Assembly: GCA_030668465.1 (NCBI GenBank)
Contig: DAOUTX010000001.1
Location: forward strand, 1 to 30,357
DNA length: 30,357 nt
Reading direction: 5' to 3'
Source: Atribacterota bacterium
GTDB taxonomy: Bacteria > Atribacterota > Phoenicimicrobiia > Phoenicimicrobiales > Phoenicimicrobiaceae
A model generated the notes under the pieces. The model did not search any database. It saw only the letters and a list, made by a program, of their open reading frames with translations, and was not told where the DNA came from. Below, in pieces: positions 1-7,225 of the stretch (its first letter is position 1; every line of letters begins with the position of its first letter). The position numbers and the translations under genes are program-made.

Positions 1-387
1 ATCCAACGCAACTCCAAAACTTTTTAATCTCAACCAGGGAAGAAAATTAGAATGGTGCTCGAGAAGAGTCGTCACCACTTTATCTCCTGTTTTCCATTTC
101 AATCCACTGGCAACCGTGTTTATCGCTTCAGTCGTGTTCTTGGTGAATATGACCTCTTCTTCATCCGCGCCGATGAAATATGCAATTTTTCTGTGTGCAT
201 CCTTATATTTCTGCGATGCAACCTGAGATAATCGATGAACGCCTCGTCCCACGTTTGCATTATATTCTCTATAATATTTTGAAACTACATTTAGAACAGG
301 CTCTGGAGTTAAACTCGTAGAAGCACTATCCATATAGATTATGTCATTCAGAATTGGGAAATCTGTCTTTATCTCAGTAAAATTCAT
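1..387 (-). CDS. sufS: Cysteine desulfurase, SufS-like class V PLP aminotransferase; N-terminal 129 codons, continues off the left edge
   Basis: Not in the ORF track. Manual translation from ATG at 387 (GGAGG upstream): MNFTEIKTDFPILNDIIYMDSASTSLTPEPV...YNANVGRGVHRLS...EEVIFTKNTTEAIN...TTLLEHHSNFLPW. The YxDSA(S/A)T, N(V/I)xRGxH, FTxNTTE and EHHSN motifs are typical of the SufS/Csd group. Confidence 0.9.
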   Translation of the reverse strand, partial: MNFTEIKTDFPILNDIIYMDSASTSLTPEPVLNVVSKYYREYNANVGRGVHRLSQVASQKYKDAHRKIAYFIGADEEEVIFTKNTTEAINTVASGLKWKTGDKVVTTLLEHHSNFLPWLRLKSFGVALD

Positions 388-430
388 ATAGAGGTCCCTC
401 CAATCAGATATTTTTTGAATTCTTCTTTAG

Positions 431-1222
431 TCATAATGCCTCATCCATACTCCCAGACCTGTATCCTTCCAAATCCAATGTAATGTATTTGAAACCGACC
501 TTTTTTAATCTTCTTACTATTTCTTTTCTAAAATTAATAACCTTTTCTATTTCTTCTTTTTCTACTTCTATCCTTGCAACGTCTTTATGACACCTTGCTC
601 TTACCTGTCTTAATCCTAAAGATAGAATAAATGATTCTGCTTCCTCGATCCTTTTCAATTTTTCTGTGGTTATTTCTTCGCCATACAAAATTCTGGATGA
701 CAGGCAAGTCGTGGAAGGCATATCATAATTCGACAATCCTAAAAATTTTGCCATTGCTTTGATATCTGACTTTTTAACTCCTGCCTCTACTAAAGGATGG
801 ATGATATCTTCTTCATCAAATGCCTTTATGCCTGGCCTATGCTCATCAAAATCAGACAGATTAACGCCATCCGCGATATATTTTATTCTATTTTCATTTG
901 CTATTCTTTTCAAAACTATAGCTTCCTCTTTCTTGCAATAGTAACATCTATTCTCAGGGTTCTTAACGAACGCTTTATTGCCAAGTTCTGATGATTTTAT
1001 AATCATATGATGCACGCCAATCTCTTTTGCAATCTTTTTTGCGTTTTCCAATTCTCTCTTAGAAAAAGTATCTGAGGTTAAAGTAACTGTCAGTGCCCTT
1101 TCACCTAATACATCATATGCAACCTTTGCAATTAAAGAACTATCTACCCCTCCTGAAAATGCAATCATTAGACTTTCTTTCTCTTTTATAATCTCTTTTA
1201 AATGTTTAAGTTTTTCTTTCAT
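431..1222 (-). CDS. larE: ATP-dependent sulfur transferase LarE (PP-loop), three-cysteine type
   Basis: PP-loop AFSGGVDSS, NRCYYCK (C93/C96), HRPG, PSTTCLSSR (C173), VRAR, ARIEV and C-terminal TLDLEGYRSGSMDE. Confidence 0.92.
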   Translation of the reverse strand: MKEKLKHLKEIIKEKESLMIAFSGGVDSSLIAKVAYDVLGERALTVTLTSDTFSKRELENAKKIAKEIGVHHMIIKSSELGNKAFVKNPENRCYYCKKEEAIVLKRIANENRIKYIADGVNLSDFDEHRPGIKAFDEEDIIHPLVEAGVKKSDIKAMAKFLGLSNYDMPSTTCLSSRILYGEEITTEKLKRIEEAESFILSLGLRQVRARCHKDVARIEVEKEEIEKVINFRKEIVRRLKKVGFKYITLDLEGYRSGSMDEAL

Positions 1223-1275
1223 TTTTATATCCTTTTTCTATCACTCCACCACTCATTTCTACAATAACTTTATCT

Positions 1276-2175
1276 TTAAACATATTCCAGCATCGCCTCC
1301 AATGCCTTTTGAGCAGATTCATTGATTCCTTCTGGTAGTTCGATGGCGTAGCGTTCCTCCTTCAGCGAAAAGTATACATCGTTTAGAGCAGTTAGCTTCA
1401 TGTTTCGGCACATCTTAGCTGTGCCAGCAGCATAAAACTCCTTCCCCGGATTTTCCTTTTTTAATCGATAGATAAGCCCTTCTTCTGTTCCTATAAGAAA
1501 TATCTTTTTATCCGTTTTTTTCGCAAAGTTCAACATACCACTGGTCGATAACACCTCATCAGCAAGGTCAATAACTGATGGATTACACTCCGGATGAACA
1601 AGAAGAAGAGCATCAGGAAATCTTTCCTTGGCCAGACGAACCTCTTCCTTCCTTATTTTTTCATGAACATAGCAGTAACCGTTCCAGGGAATTATCTCTT
1701 TATCTACAAATCTCTGACAGTATGCGGCAAGGTTTTTATCCGGAGTAAAAATTATTTTCTTTTCCTTAATATTCCTTACCACATTTATTGCATTTGCCGA
1801 GGTACAGCAAATATCCGATTCAGCTTTTACATCCGCATTAGTATTTAAATAGGAAACCACTTTAGCATCAGTGTGTTTTTCTTTTAATTTCCTCAAGTCC
1901 TCAGCAGTTATCATATCTGCCATCGGACATCCCGCATCCTTCCTGGGTAGGAGAACCATCTTTTTGGGTGAAAGTATTTTTGCGGTCTCTGCCATAAAAC
2001 GGACTCCACAGAAGACTATTATTCCTGCATCTGTTTTTGCAGCTTCCCTTGCAAGTCCCAGGGAATCGCCAAGGGAATCTGCAATATCTTGAATCTCCGA
2101 CCTTTGGTAATTATGAACTAAAACAATAGCATTCTTTTCTTTTTTCAGTTTAGTAATTTCTTCTACTATATTCAT
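1276..2175 (-). CDS. nadA: Quinolinate synthase A ([4Fe-4S])
   Basis: VHNYQR, GDSLGLA, FCGVRFMAETAKIL, AGCPMA, GYCYVHE, HPEC, STSGM, GTEEG and MCRNMK, with the three cluster cysteines present. Confidence 0.97.
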   Translation of the reverse strand: MNIVEEITKLKKEKNAIVLVHNYQRSEIQDIADSLGDSLGLAREAAKTDAGIIVFCGVRFMAETAKILSPKKMVLLPRKDAGCPMADMITAEDLRKLKEKHTDAKVVSYLNTNADVKAESDICCTSANAINVVRNIKEKKIIFTPDKNLAAYCQRFVDKEIIPWNGYCYVHEKIRKEEVRLAKERFPDALLLVHPECNPSVIDLADEVLSTSGMLNFAKKTDKKIFLIGTEEGLIYRLKKENPGKEFYAAGTAKMCRNMKLTALNDVYFSLKEERYAIELPEGINESAQKALEAMLEYV

Positions 2176-2447
2176 TTATTTTTTTCTCCTTGAAGGATTA
2201 AATTATTACTTAGGAGAAGTATTATTTTATATATATAACTAGGAAATTTTCTCTGGTCTTACCTATTAATTTATTCTTTTGTCAGGCATCTTTTACCTCC
2301 TTCGCACAATAATTTATAAAATTCCTAGCATAAAAGAAACCCCGTACTAATTTTCCCAAGTAATAAAAACTACCTTAGCTCAAGTTCGGTAATTGTTTAA
2401 ACTACCAACACCGCTAAAGTTATTCTGAAATATAGATTTATGCAGCC

Positions 2448-2897
2448 CTATTTTGTAGTTGGTAATCCTTCTGATTTCCATTTAATAATCCCACCCAACA
2501 TATTATAGACTTCCCTAAAATCAAGCTCTTTCATTATATTTAAGGCATTTTCACTACGACGTCCGGATCTGCAATAAATAAGATATGTTTTGTTCTTATC
2601 CAATTTGTCAAGGTCATTCCTAAAAGTGTCAGAATAGTAATCTAAATTGACAGCATTTTCCATATACTCGCCTAAAAATTCTTCAGGAGTACGCACATCA
2701 AGAATTGTAAAATTTGGATTATCCTTGTTTTCTTTTATTAAGATATACGCTCCTTCCGGAGTGATATTTTTAATTATCTGGATTTGTGTTTCCGACTTTG
2801 TAGTGTTAGTTTCGGTTTGAATGCATGCACTCGTCAACAAAACCCCAATAATCAGAGCTCCCAAGAACAGCGATATCATTAAATTTTTTGGGTTCAT
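2448..2897 (-). CDS. Single-domain rhodanese-like protein, probable lipoprotein
   Basis: Hydrophobic N-terminus ending LTSAC (lipobox-like); ILDVRTPEEF; active-site loop YCRSGRRS; YNMLGGIIKW. Confidence 0.9.
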   Translation of the reverse strand: MNPKNLMISLFLGALIIGVLLTSACIQTETNTTKSETQIQIIKNITPEGAYILIKENKDNPNFTILDVRTPEEFLGEYMENAVNLDYYSDTFRNDLDKLDKNKTYLIYCRSGRRSENALNIMKELDFREVYNMLGGIIKWKSEGLPTTK

Positions 2898-2970
2898 TTT
2901 TACTCTAATTTATTATCTCCTTTCTCGATTTAACTTTGAATTAAATACACACAGACCTTTTCCTCTTAAT

Positions 2971-3498
2971 TTAATCCTGTAAATTGGGTGTTATATTAGG
3001 TATTTGGAACACTTCTGTTTCAACATATAAGTTAATTCTTGTATCTGGTACCTGAGGATCATTTGAATAAATATGGATATGTTTTTCATCTTTTCCCACA
3101 TAATCAGTAGTATCATAGGATACTTTAAGTTCAGCTGATTCTCCCGGTTTAATGCGAGTAGTAGAAATTGAAGCCTCTATACAAGGACAAGATTCTTTTA
3201 AGCTGTCAATAATTAAATCTCCTTCTCCCCCATTTTTTACAATAAAAATATGGGTGGGCTTTTCGCCTTGGATCACCTTTCCAAAATCCCATTCTTGTTC
3301 CGAAACCAGAATCCTTGGTTGAGGCCCAAAATTATTTTGGATAGCATTAGAAGAATTATTTTGGATAGCATTAGAAGAATTATTTTGGATAGTATTAGAA
3401 GAATTATTTTGGGTAGTACTAAATACCAAAACACCCCCCAATATAATTACCGCTATTATAAGAATGAATATTATTATATTTTTAGACATTGTTTTCAC
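2971..3498 (-). CDS. Membrane-anchored DUF1573-like Ig-fold protein with an Asn/Ser repeat linker
   Basis: N-terminal TM segment, (QNNSSNAI)n linker, then WDFGKV...FIVKNGGEGDLIIDSLKESCPC...IKPGESAELKVSYD...IYSNDP, the pattern of the DUF1573/ASH-type domain. Confidence 0.75.
   Translation of the reverse strand: MKTMSKNIIIFILIIAVIILGGVLVFSTTQNNSSNTIQNNSSNAIQNNSSNAIQNNFGPQPRILVSEQEWDFGKVIQGEKPTHIFIVKNGGEGDLIIDSLKESCPCIEASISTTRIKPGESAELKVSYDTTDYVGKDEKHIHIYSNDPQVPDTRINLYVETEVFQIPNITPNLQD
3330..3412. repeat. In-frame 24-bp tandem repeat, about 3.5 copies
   Basis: Unit AATTATTTTGGATAG(C/T)ATTAGAAG at 3330, 3354 and 3378, plus a partial copy at 3402; encodes QNNSSN(T/A)I. Confidence 0.95.
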
Positions 3499-3534
3499 CT
3501 CCTTTTATCTTTATTTTTTAAAAATAAATCTATG

Positions 3535-4230
3535 TCAATAATATAAATCAGATTTTTCTTTAGGGACAACCTTTCCATCCTGAAGATGGATTATCCTTTG
3601 AGTGGCCTGGGCTAATTCCAAATTATGAGTAGCAATAACTATAGCCAGGCCTTTTTCACTCAAATTCTTAAAAAGTTCTAAAATTTGCTCTCCAACTTTT
3701 ATCTCTAATTTACCGGTTGGTTCATCGGCAACAAGTATCTTGGGATCATTAACCAAAGCTCGTGCAATACCTGTGCGTTGTTTGTCTCCCCCGGATAAAT
3801 GTTTTACCTGAATTCCTTCTTTATCTTCAAGATTCACTTCTTTTAGCAAATCTAATATATTTTTCGCGTTAATGTTTTTCTTTGCAAAAATTAAAGGTAA
3901 TTCTACGTTTTCTCTAACAGTTAAGGTTGGAATTAAATAAAACCGTTGGAAGATAAAACCAATATTCTCCCTTCTGATCTTTATTAAATCAATCTCCTCA
4001 AGAGAAGCAACATCGTTATCGCCAATCTTCAAACTCCCTGCTGTAACCTTATCAAGGCAGCCAATCAGGTTCATTAAAGTGGTTTTTCCTGAGCCAGAAG
4101 GACCAACAATTGAAATAATTTCACTTCCTTTAATTTTTAAATCTACTCCATCAAGAGCTTTAACAATTTCTGAACCTCGATGATAATGTTTTTTTAAATT
4201 CTTTGCTTCTAAAACTATCTTATCCTGCAT
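3535..4230 (-). CDS. ABC ATPase, LolD/MacB (FtsE-like) family, second copy with an altered D-loop
   Basis: Walker A GPSGSGKT, signature LSGGDKQR, Walker B ILVADE followed by PTGKLE (usually PTGNLD), H-loop ATHN. Confidence 0.92.
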   Translation of the reverse strand: MQDKIVLEAKNLKKHYHRGSEIVKALDGVDLKIKGSEIISIVGPSGSGKTTLMNLIGCLDKVTAGSLKIGDNDVASLEEIDLIKIRRENIGFIFQRFYLIPTLTVRENVELPLIFAKKNINAKNILDLLKEVNLEDKEGIQVKHLSGGDKQRTGIARALVNDPKILVADEPTGKLEIKVGEQILELFKNLSEKGLAIVIATHNLELAQATQRIIHLQDGKVVPKEKSDLYY

Positions 4231-4231
4231 T

Positions 4232-4921
4232 TTATTTTACCAACCTTTCATCCTTTTCCATTTTCCCATCATTTAAATGAATCACTCTATCCGCTGAATA
4301 ACCTAATCTAATATTATGAGTAGCAACTATAATAGTTAAACCCTCTTCCCTATTGAGATTTCGAAAAAGACTAAAAAGTTCTTGTGCATTCTTGGTATCT
4401 AAGTTACCTGTTGGCTCATCCGCAAGAAGAATCTCAGGATTATTAGCTAAAGCTCTGGCCACCGCTACTCTCTGTAATTCTCCTCCGCTTAATTCATTAG
4501 GAAAATGAGTTAATCTATGATCTAAACCAACTCTTTTCAAGAGATCTCTTGGTCTATTATTATTTTTATAATTTCGGGCAAAAATCAGAGGTAGTTGAAC
4601 ATTTTCCAATGCATTTAAAAATGAAATTAAGAAAAAATCCTCAAATACAAACCCAATTTTTTCTATTCGGATACGGCTAAGTTTTTCTTCATTAAATTTT
4701 GTAGGGTTGCTTCCTAAAATATCTAACTTGCCTGAAGTAGGTCTATCTAAACATCCGATCAAATTTAAAAAGGTAGTTTTTCCTGCTCCTGATGCTCCCA
4801 TTATAGTGACGAATTCACCTTTTTTTATCTCAATATCTATTTCCTTTAAGGCTATTATTTTTTGGGATGCAGAGAAGTATACCTTCTTTAGCTTATTGGC
4901 TTTTACAATATACTCTCTCAC
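4232..4921 (-). CDS. ABC ATPase, LolD/MacB family, canonical
   Basis: GASGAGKT, LSGGELQR, LLADEPTGNLD and ATHN. The GTG start overlaps the permease TAG at 4921. Confidence 0.94.
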   Translation of the reverse strand: MREYIVKANKLKKVYFSASQKIIALKEIDIEIKKGEFVTIMGASGAGKTTFLNLIGCLDRPTSGKLDILGSNPTKFNEEKLSRIRIEKIGFVFEDFFLISFLNALENVQLPLIFARNYKNNNRPRDLLKRVGLDHRLTHFPNELSGGELQRVAVARALANNPEILLADEPTGNLDTKNAQELFSLFRNLNREEGLTIIVATHNIRLGYSADRVIHLNDGKMEKDERLVK

Positions 4922-6105
4922 TATTCTCCACTCCTTATTACTTCAATAGGTCTCATTGAAGCTGCCTTAAATGCCGGATACAGTCCTGAAATTATACCTA
5001 TAATTATTACTCCCAGGAAAGAATAAACTAAAAGATCGGGAGTAATTAAGAGTAATCTACCACCTGGGGCATAAGGCATTACTTTTCTTACTAAAAGTTC
5101 GGTCAAATTTCCACCAAAAATCGCAATAACTGAGCCAAAGATACCACCTAAAGTACAAATAATAAGTGTTTCCATCCAGATGAGTTTAAATATATCTGAC
5201 CTTGAGGCTCCTATTGCCTTCATAATACCTATTTCTTGTGTTCGCTCGAAGACGCTCATTAATATGGTATTAATAACCCCAATAATAGCTACAAATATTG
5301 CGATAAAGGCAACAGACATAATCAATATTTTAGCTGAATTTACCAGATTTAAGATTGTCCCTTTAACCTGGCTCATGCTTATTACTTGAATGCTGGCAAT
5401 TGGATATAGCCTCTCTTCAAATTCTGAAATCTTCTCAATTTGTTTTAGCTTGATACCGATACCTGTCAGTTTGCCTTCTATATCAAAGACTCTTTGAGTT
5501 GTTTTCAGAGGTAAAAATACTGCTCCATCTTCCTGAGTAGCTGTTCTTTCAAAGATGCCCACAATAATTAAAGTAATATCTTTATCCGGTATGGAAATTT
5601 TATCTCCAACTGATTTTTGTTCTGATTCTGCTGCTTCGTATCCTAAAATTGCTTCATTAGCATTTTCGGCTGAGAACCATCCTCCAGATTTAAACTTAAC
5701 ATTTGGCTTAAGTTCAATGTAGCTTTTTTCGATTCCTAAATAATTAATAAAACCACCTTTACCGCCTTGTTTTTCCGGATCATAAGCTAATTGAGCAAGG
5801 AGTGGTGTAATCTTATCAATATCAGGATCACTGGTTATTTGATTATAGATATCCTCATCCATAAATCTAAGGCCTGCTTCTCCACTAAGTATCATAGTTG
5901 CTGCCTCGTAAGGGCAACCTTTGGCTGTTACAATAACTTGATATCCCATTTTATCGACATCAGAGGTTAATGCTTCTTGATACCCGGCATTAAAACCTAA
6001 AAGAGCGACTAAAACTGCTACTGCTACTGCTACTCCACCAATGGTTAAAAAAGAGCGGGATTTTCTCCGTTTCAAATTCTTATAAGCTAAAATAAAAAAT
6101 TTCAT
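4921..6105 (-). CDS. MacB/FtsX-family ABC permease (4 TM with a large periplasmic domain)
   Basis: RRKSRSFLTIGGVAVAVA TM1, periplasmic domain, NTILMSVFERTQEIGIMKAIGA, C-terminal GLYPAFKAASMRPIEVIR. Confidence 0.93.
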   Translation of the reverse strand: MKFFILAYKNLKRRKSRSFLTIGGVAVAVAVLVALLGFNAGYQEALTSDVDKMGYQVIVTAKGCPYEAATMILSGEAGLRFMDEDIYNQITSDPDIDKITPLLAQLAYDPEKQGGKGGFINYLGIEKSYIELKPNVKFKSGGWFSAENANEAILGYEAAESEQKSVGDKISIPDKDITLIIVGIFERTATQEDGAVFLPLKTTQRVFDIEGKLTGIGIKLKQIEKISEFEERLYPIASIQVISMSQVKGTILNLVNSAKILIMSVAFIAIFVAIIGVINTILMSVFERTQEIGIMKAIGASRSDIFKLIWMETLIICTLGGIFGSVIAIFGGNLTELLVRKVMPYAPGGRLLLITPDLLVYSFLGVIIIGIISGLYPAFKAASMRPIEVIRSGE

Positions 6106-6497
6106 TAAAATTCAACTCCCTTTCCATTAATGGTCATTCTTCCATTTCTATTCTCCGGTACCCCTTCTACAACTACCTTTTTCCCCACTTTTGGAGGAAT
6201 ACTAAGACCTGAAGGATTAATATCTACATAAATTGTACCTGTCTTATCTTCCAAAAAGAACCAGCATCCTGAGGAGCATTCTCGGACAATCTCTCCCTCC
6301 AATCTGACTGTTTGGTTAAGATATTCATTCGGACTAGTATAAATATCTTTTACGCTGGTAACTTTTTTTTCGGTAATATCAACACCATACCTCTCACTCT
6401 TATTGCTACCATTGCCACTACAACCTGAAACGCTCAATATGACTAATAAAATAATTAGTAATGCAGCAATTAATCTAATCTTCTTTGTTTTTCTCAT
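6105..6497 (-). CDS. OB-fold (DUF4920/BOF-like) lipoprotein with a CxxGC motif
   Basis: Start moved to ATG 6497 (AGGAGA upstream; the track uses 6527). Lipobox VSGC; VRLEGEIVRECSSGCWFFLEDKTGTIYVD...GKKVVVEG. The TAA overlaps the permease ATG. Confidence 0.7.
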   Translation of the reverse strand: MRKTKKIRLIAALLIILLVILSVSGCSGNGSNKSERYGVDITEKKVTSVKDIYTSPNEYLNQTVRLEGEIVRECSSGCWFFLEDKTGTIYVDINPSGLSIPPKVGKKVVVEGVPENRNGRMTINGKGVEF

Positions 6498-6587
6498 CTT
6501 TTCTCCTTTTTTTACAAAAATAATCATAACACCTACCCTAATTCATATTTAGGCATTACAAATGGTTTCGGAAAAACTCTTTTATGT

Positions 6588-6619
6588 ATTACTACTTATT
6601 CTATCAAATAAGTAGTAAT
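6588..6619. promoter_or_regulatory. Palindromic operator, copy A (ATTACTACT-N14-AGTAGTAAT)
   Basis: Perfect 13-bp arms ATTACTACTTATT / AATAAGTAGTAAT around CTATCA; same outer arms and spacing as the site at 11787-11818. Confidence 0.75.
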
Positions 6620-6670
6620 TAAATTTAAAAAAATAAAGTACCTTGCCTATTTATTTTAACTATTAATAGA

Positions 6671-6687
6671 AGCAATTATTGTGCCAA
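6671..6687 (-). promoter_or_regulatory. Sigma54 -24/-12 promoter
   Basis: Minus strand reads TTGGCACAATAATTGCT, i.e. TGGCAC-N5-TTGCT, correctly oriented about 175 bp upstream of the lipoprotein start. Confidence 0.7.
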
Positions 6688-7026
6688 TTTATAAAGTTTA
6701 ATGTAAGAATATTTATTTTTAAAACGTATTCGGTGAAATAGTTGATAAATAAAGATCTTACTGATTCTCATTTAAAAAAATATTAAATAATATTTCTAAA
6801 CATTATTTAATCAATATTAATCGCCTTACCAGAAAGGGCAAACTTTTCTCATTTATCTACTAGAAACTGGGCAATTTTTTCCCATTAACTTCTTTTTCTG
6901 TGTTTTTAAAATAAATTACCTGGCCTATTTATAGAAGATTTATAATTATCCAAAAATTAAAAGCTCCTATGCTGGCAATTAATTTTATTTCCCAAAATCA
7001 AAAATGTATTTTTTCCTATTCTTAAA

Positions 7027-7218
7027 CTAACAACATCCGTGCAGTGGTGGTTGATGTTTCTCCGCCTTCTCAATGTATTTTTCGGGATTATCATCAAACT
7101 CTTTTTTACATCCTGGTGCACAAAAATAATAAGCTTTTTCTTTATATTCACTCTTGAACTTTGCTGTCTTTTCATCTACTTCCATTTTGCATATCGGATC
7201 AATAACCACATTGGTCAC
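7027..7218 (-). CDS. Small YHS-domain protein with a His/Cys tail
   Basis: DPICKMEV...YKEKAYYFCAPGCKKEFDDNPEKY, then HQPPLHGCC; AAGGAGG RBS; starts 7 bp after the copA stop. Confidence 0.9.
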   Translation of the reverse strand: MTNVVIDPICKMEVDEKTAKFKSEYKEKAYYFCAPGCKKEFDDNPEKYIEKAEKHQPPLHGCC

Positions 7219-7225
7219 CTCCTTT

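Noticed and set aside
3330-3412. 24-bp repeats as a CRISPR array
   Set aside because: Head-to-tail with no spacers, in frame within a CDS, and no cas genes in the window.
6588-6619. Palindrome as the terminator of the copA-YHS transcript
   Set aside because: It is 400 bp from the YHS stop, AT-rich, lacks a U-tract, lies downstream of a promoter and matches the rrf2 promoter palindrome; an operator is the better reading.
6957-7175. 72-aa minus-strand ORF overlapping the YHS gene
   Set aside because: Alternative frame of the YHS gene, which has the RBS and the domain motifs.
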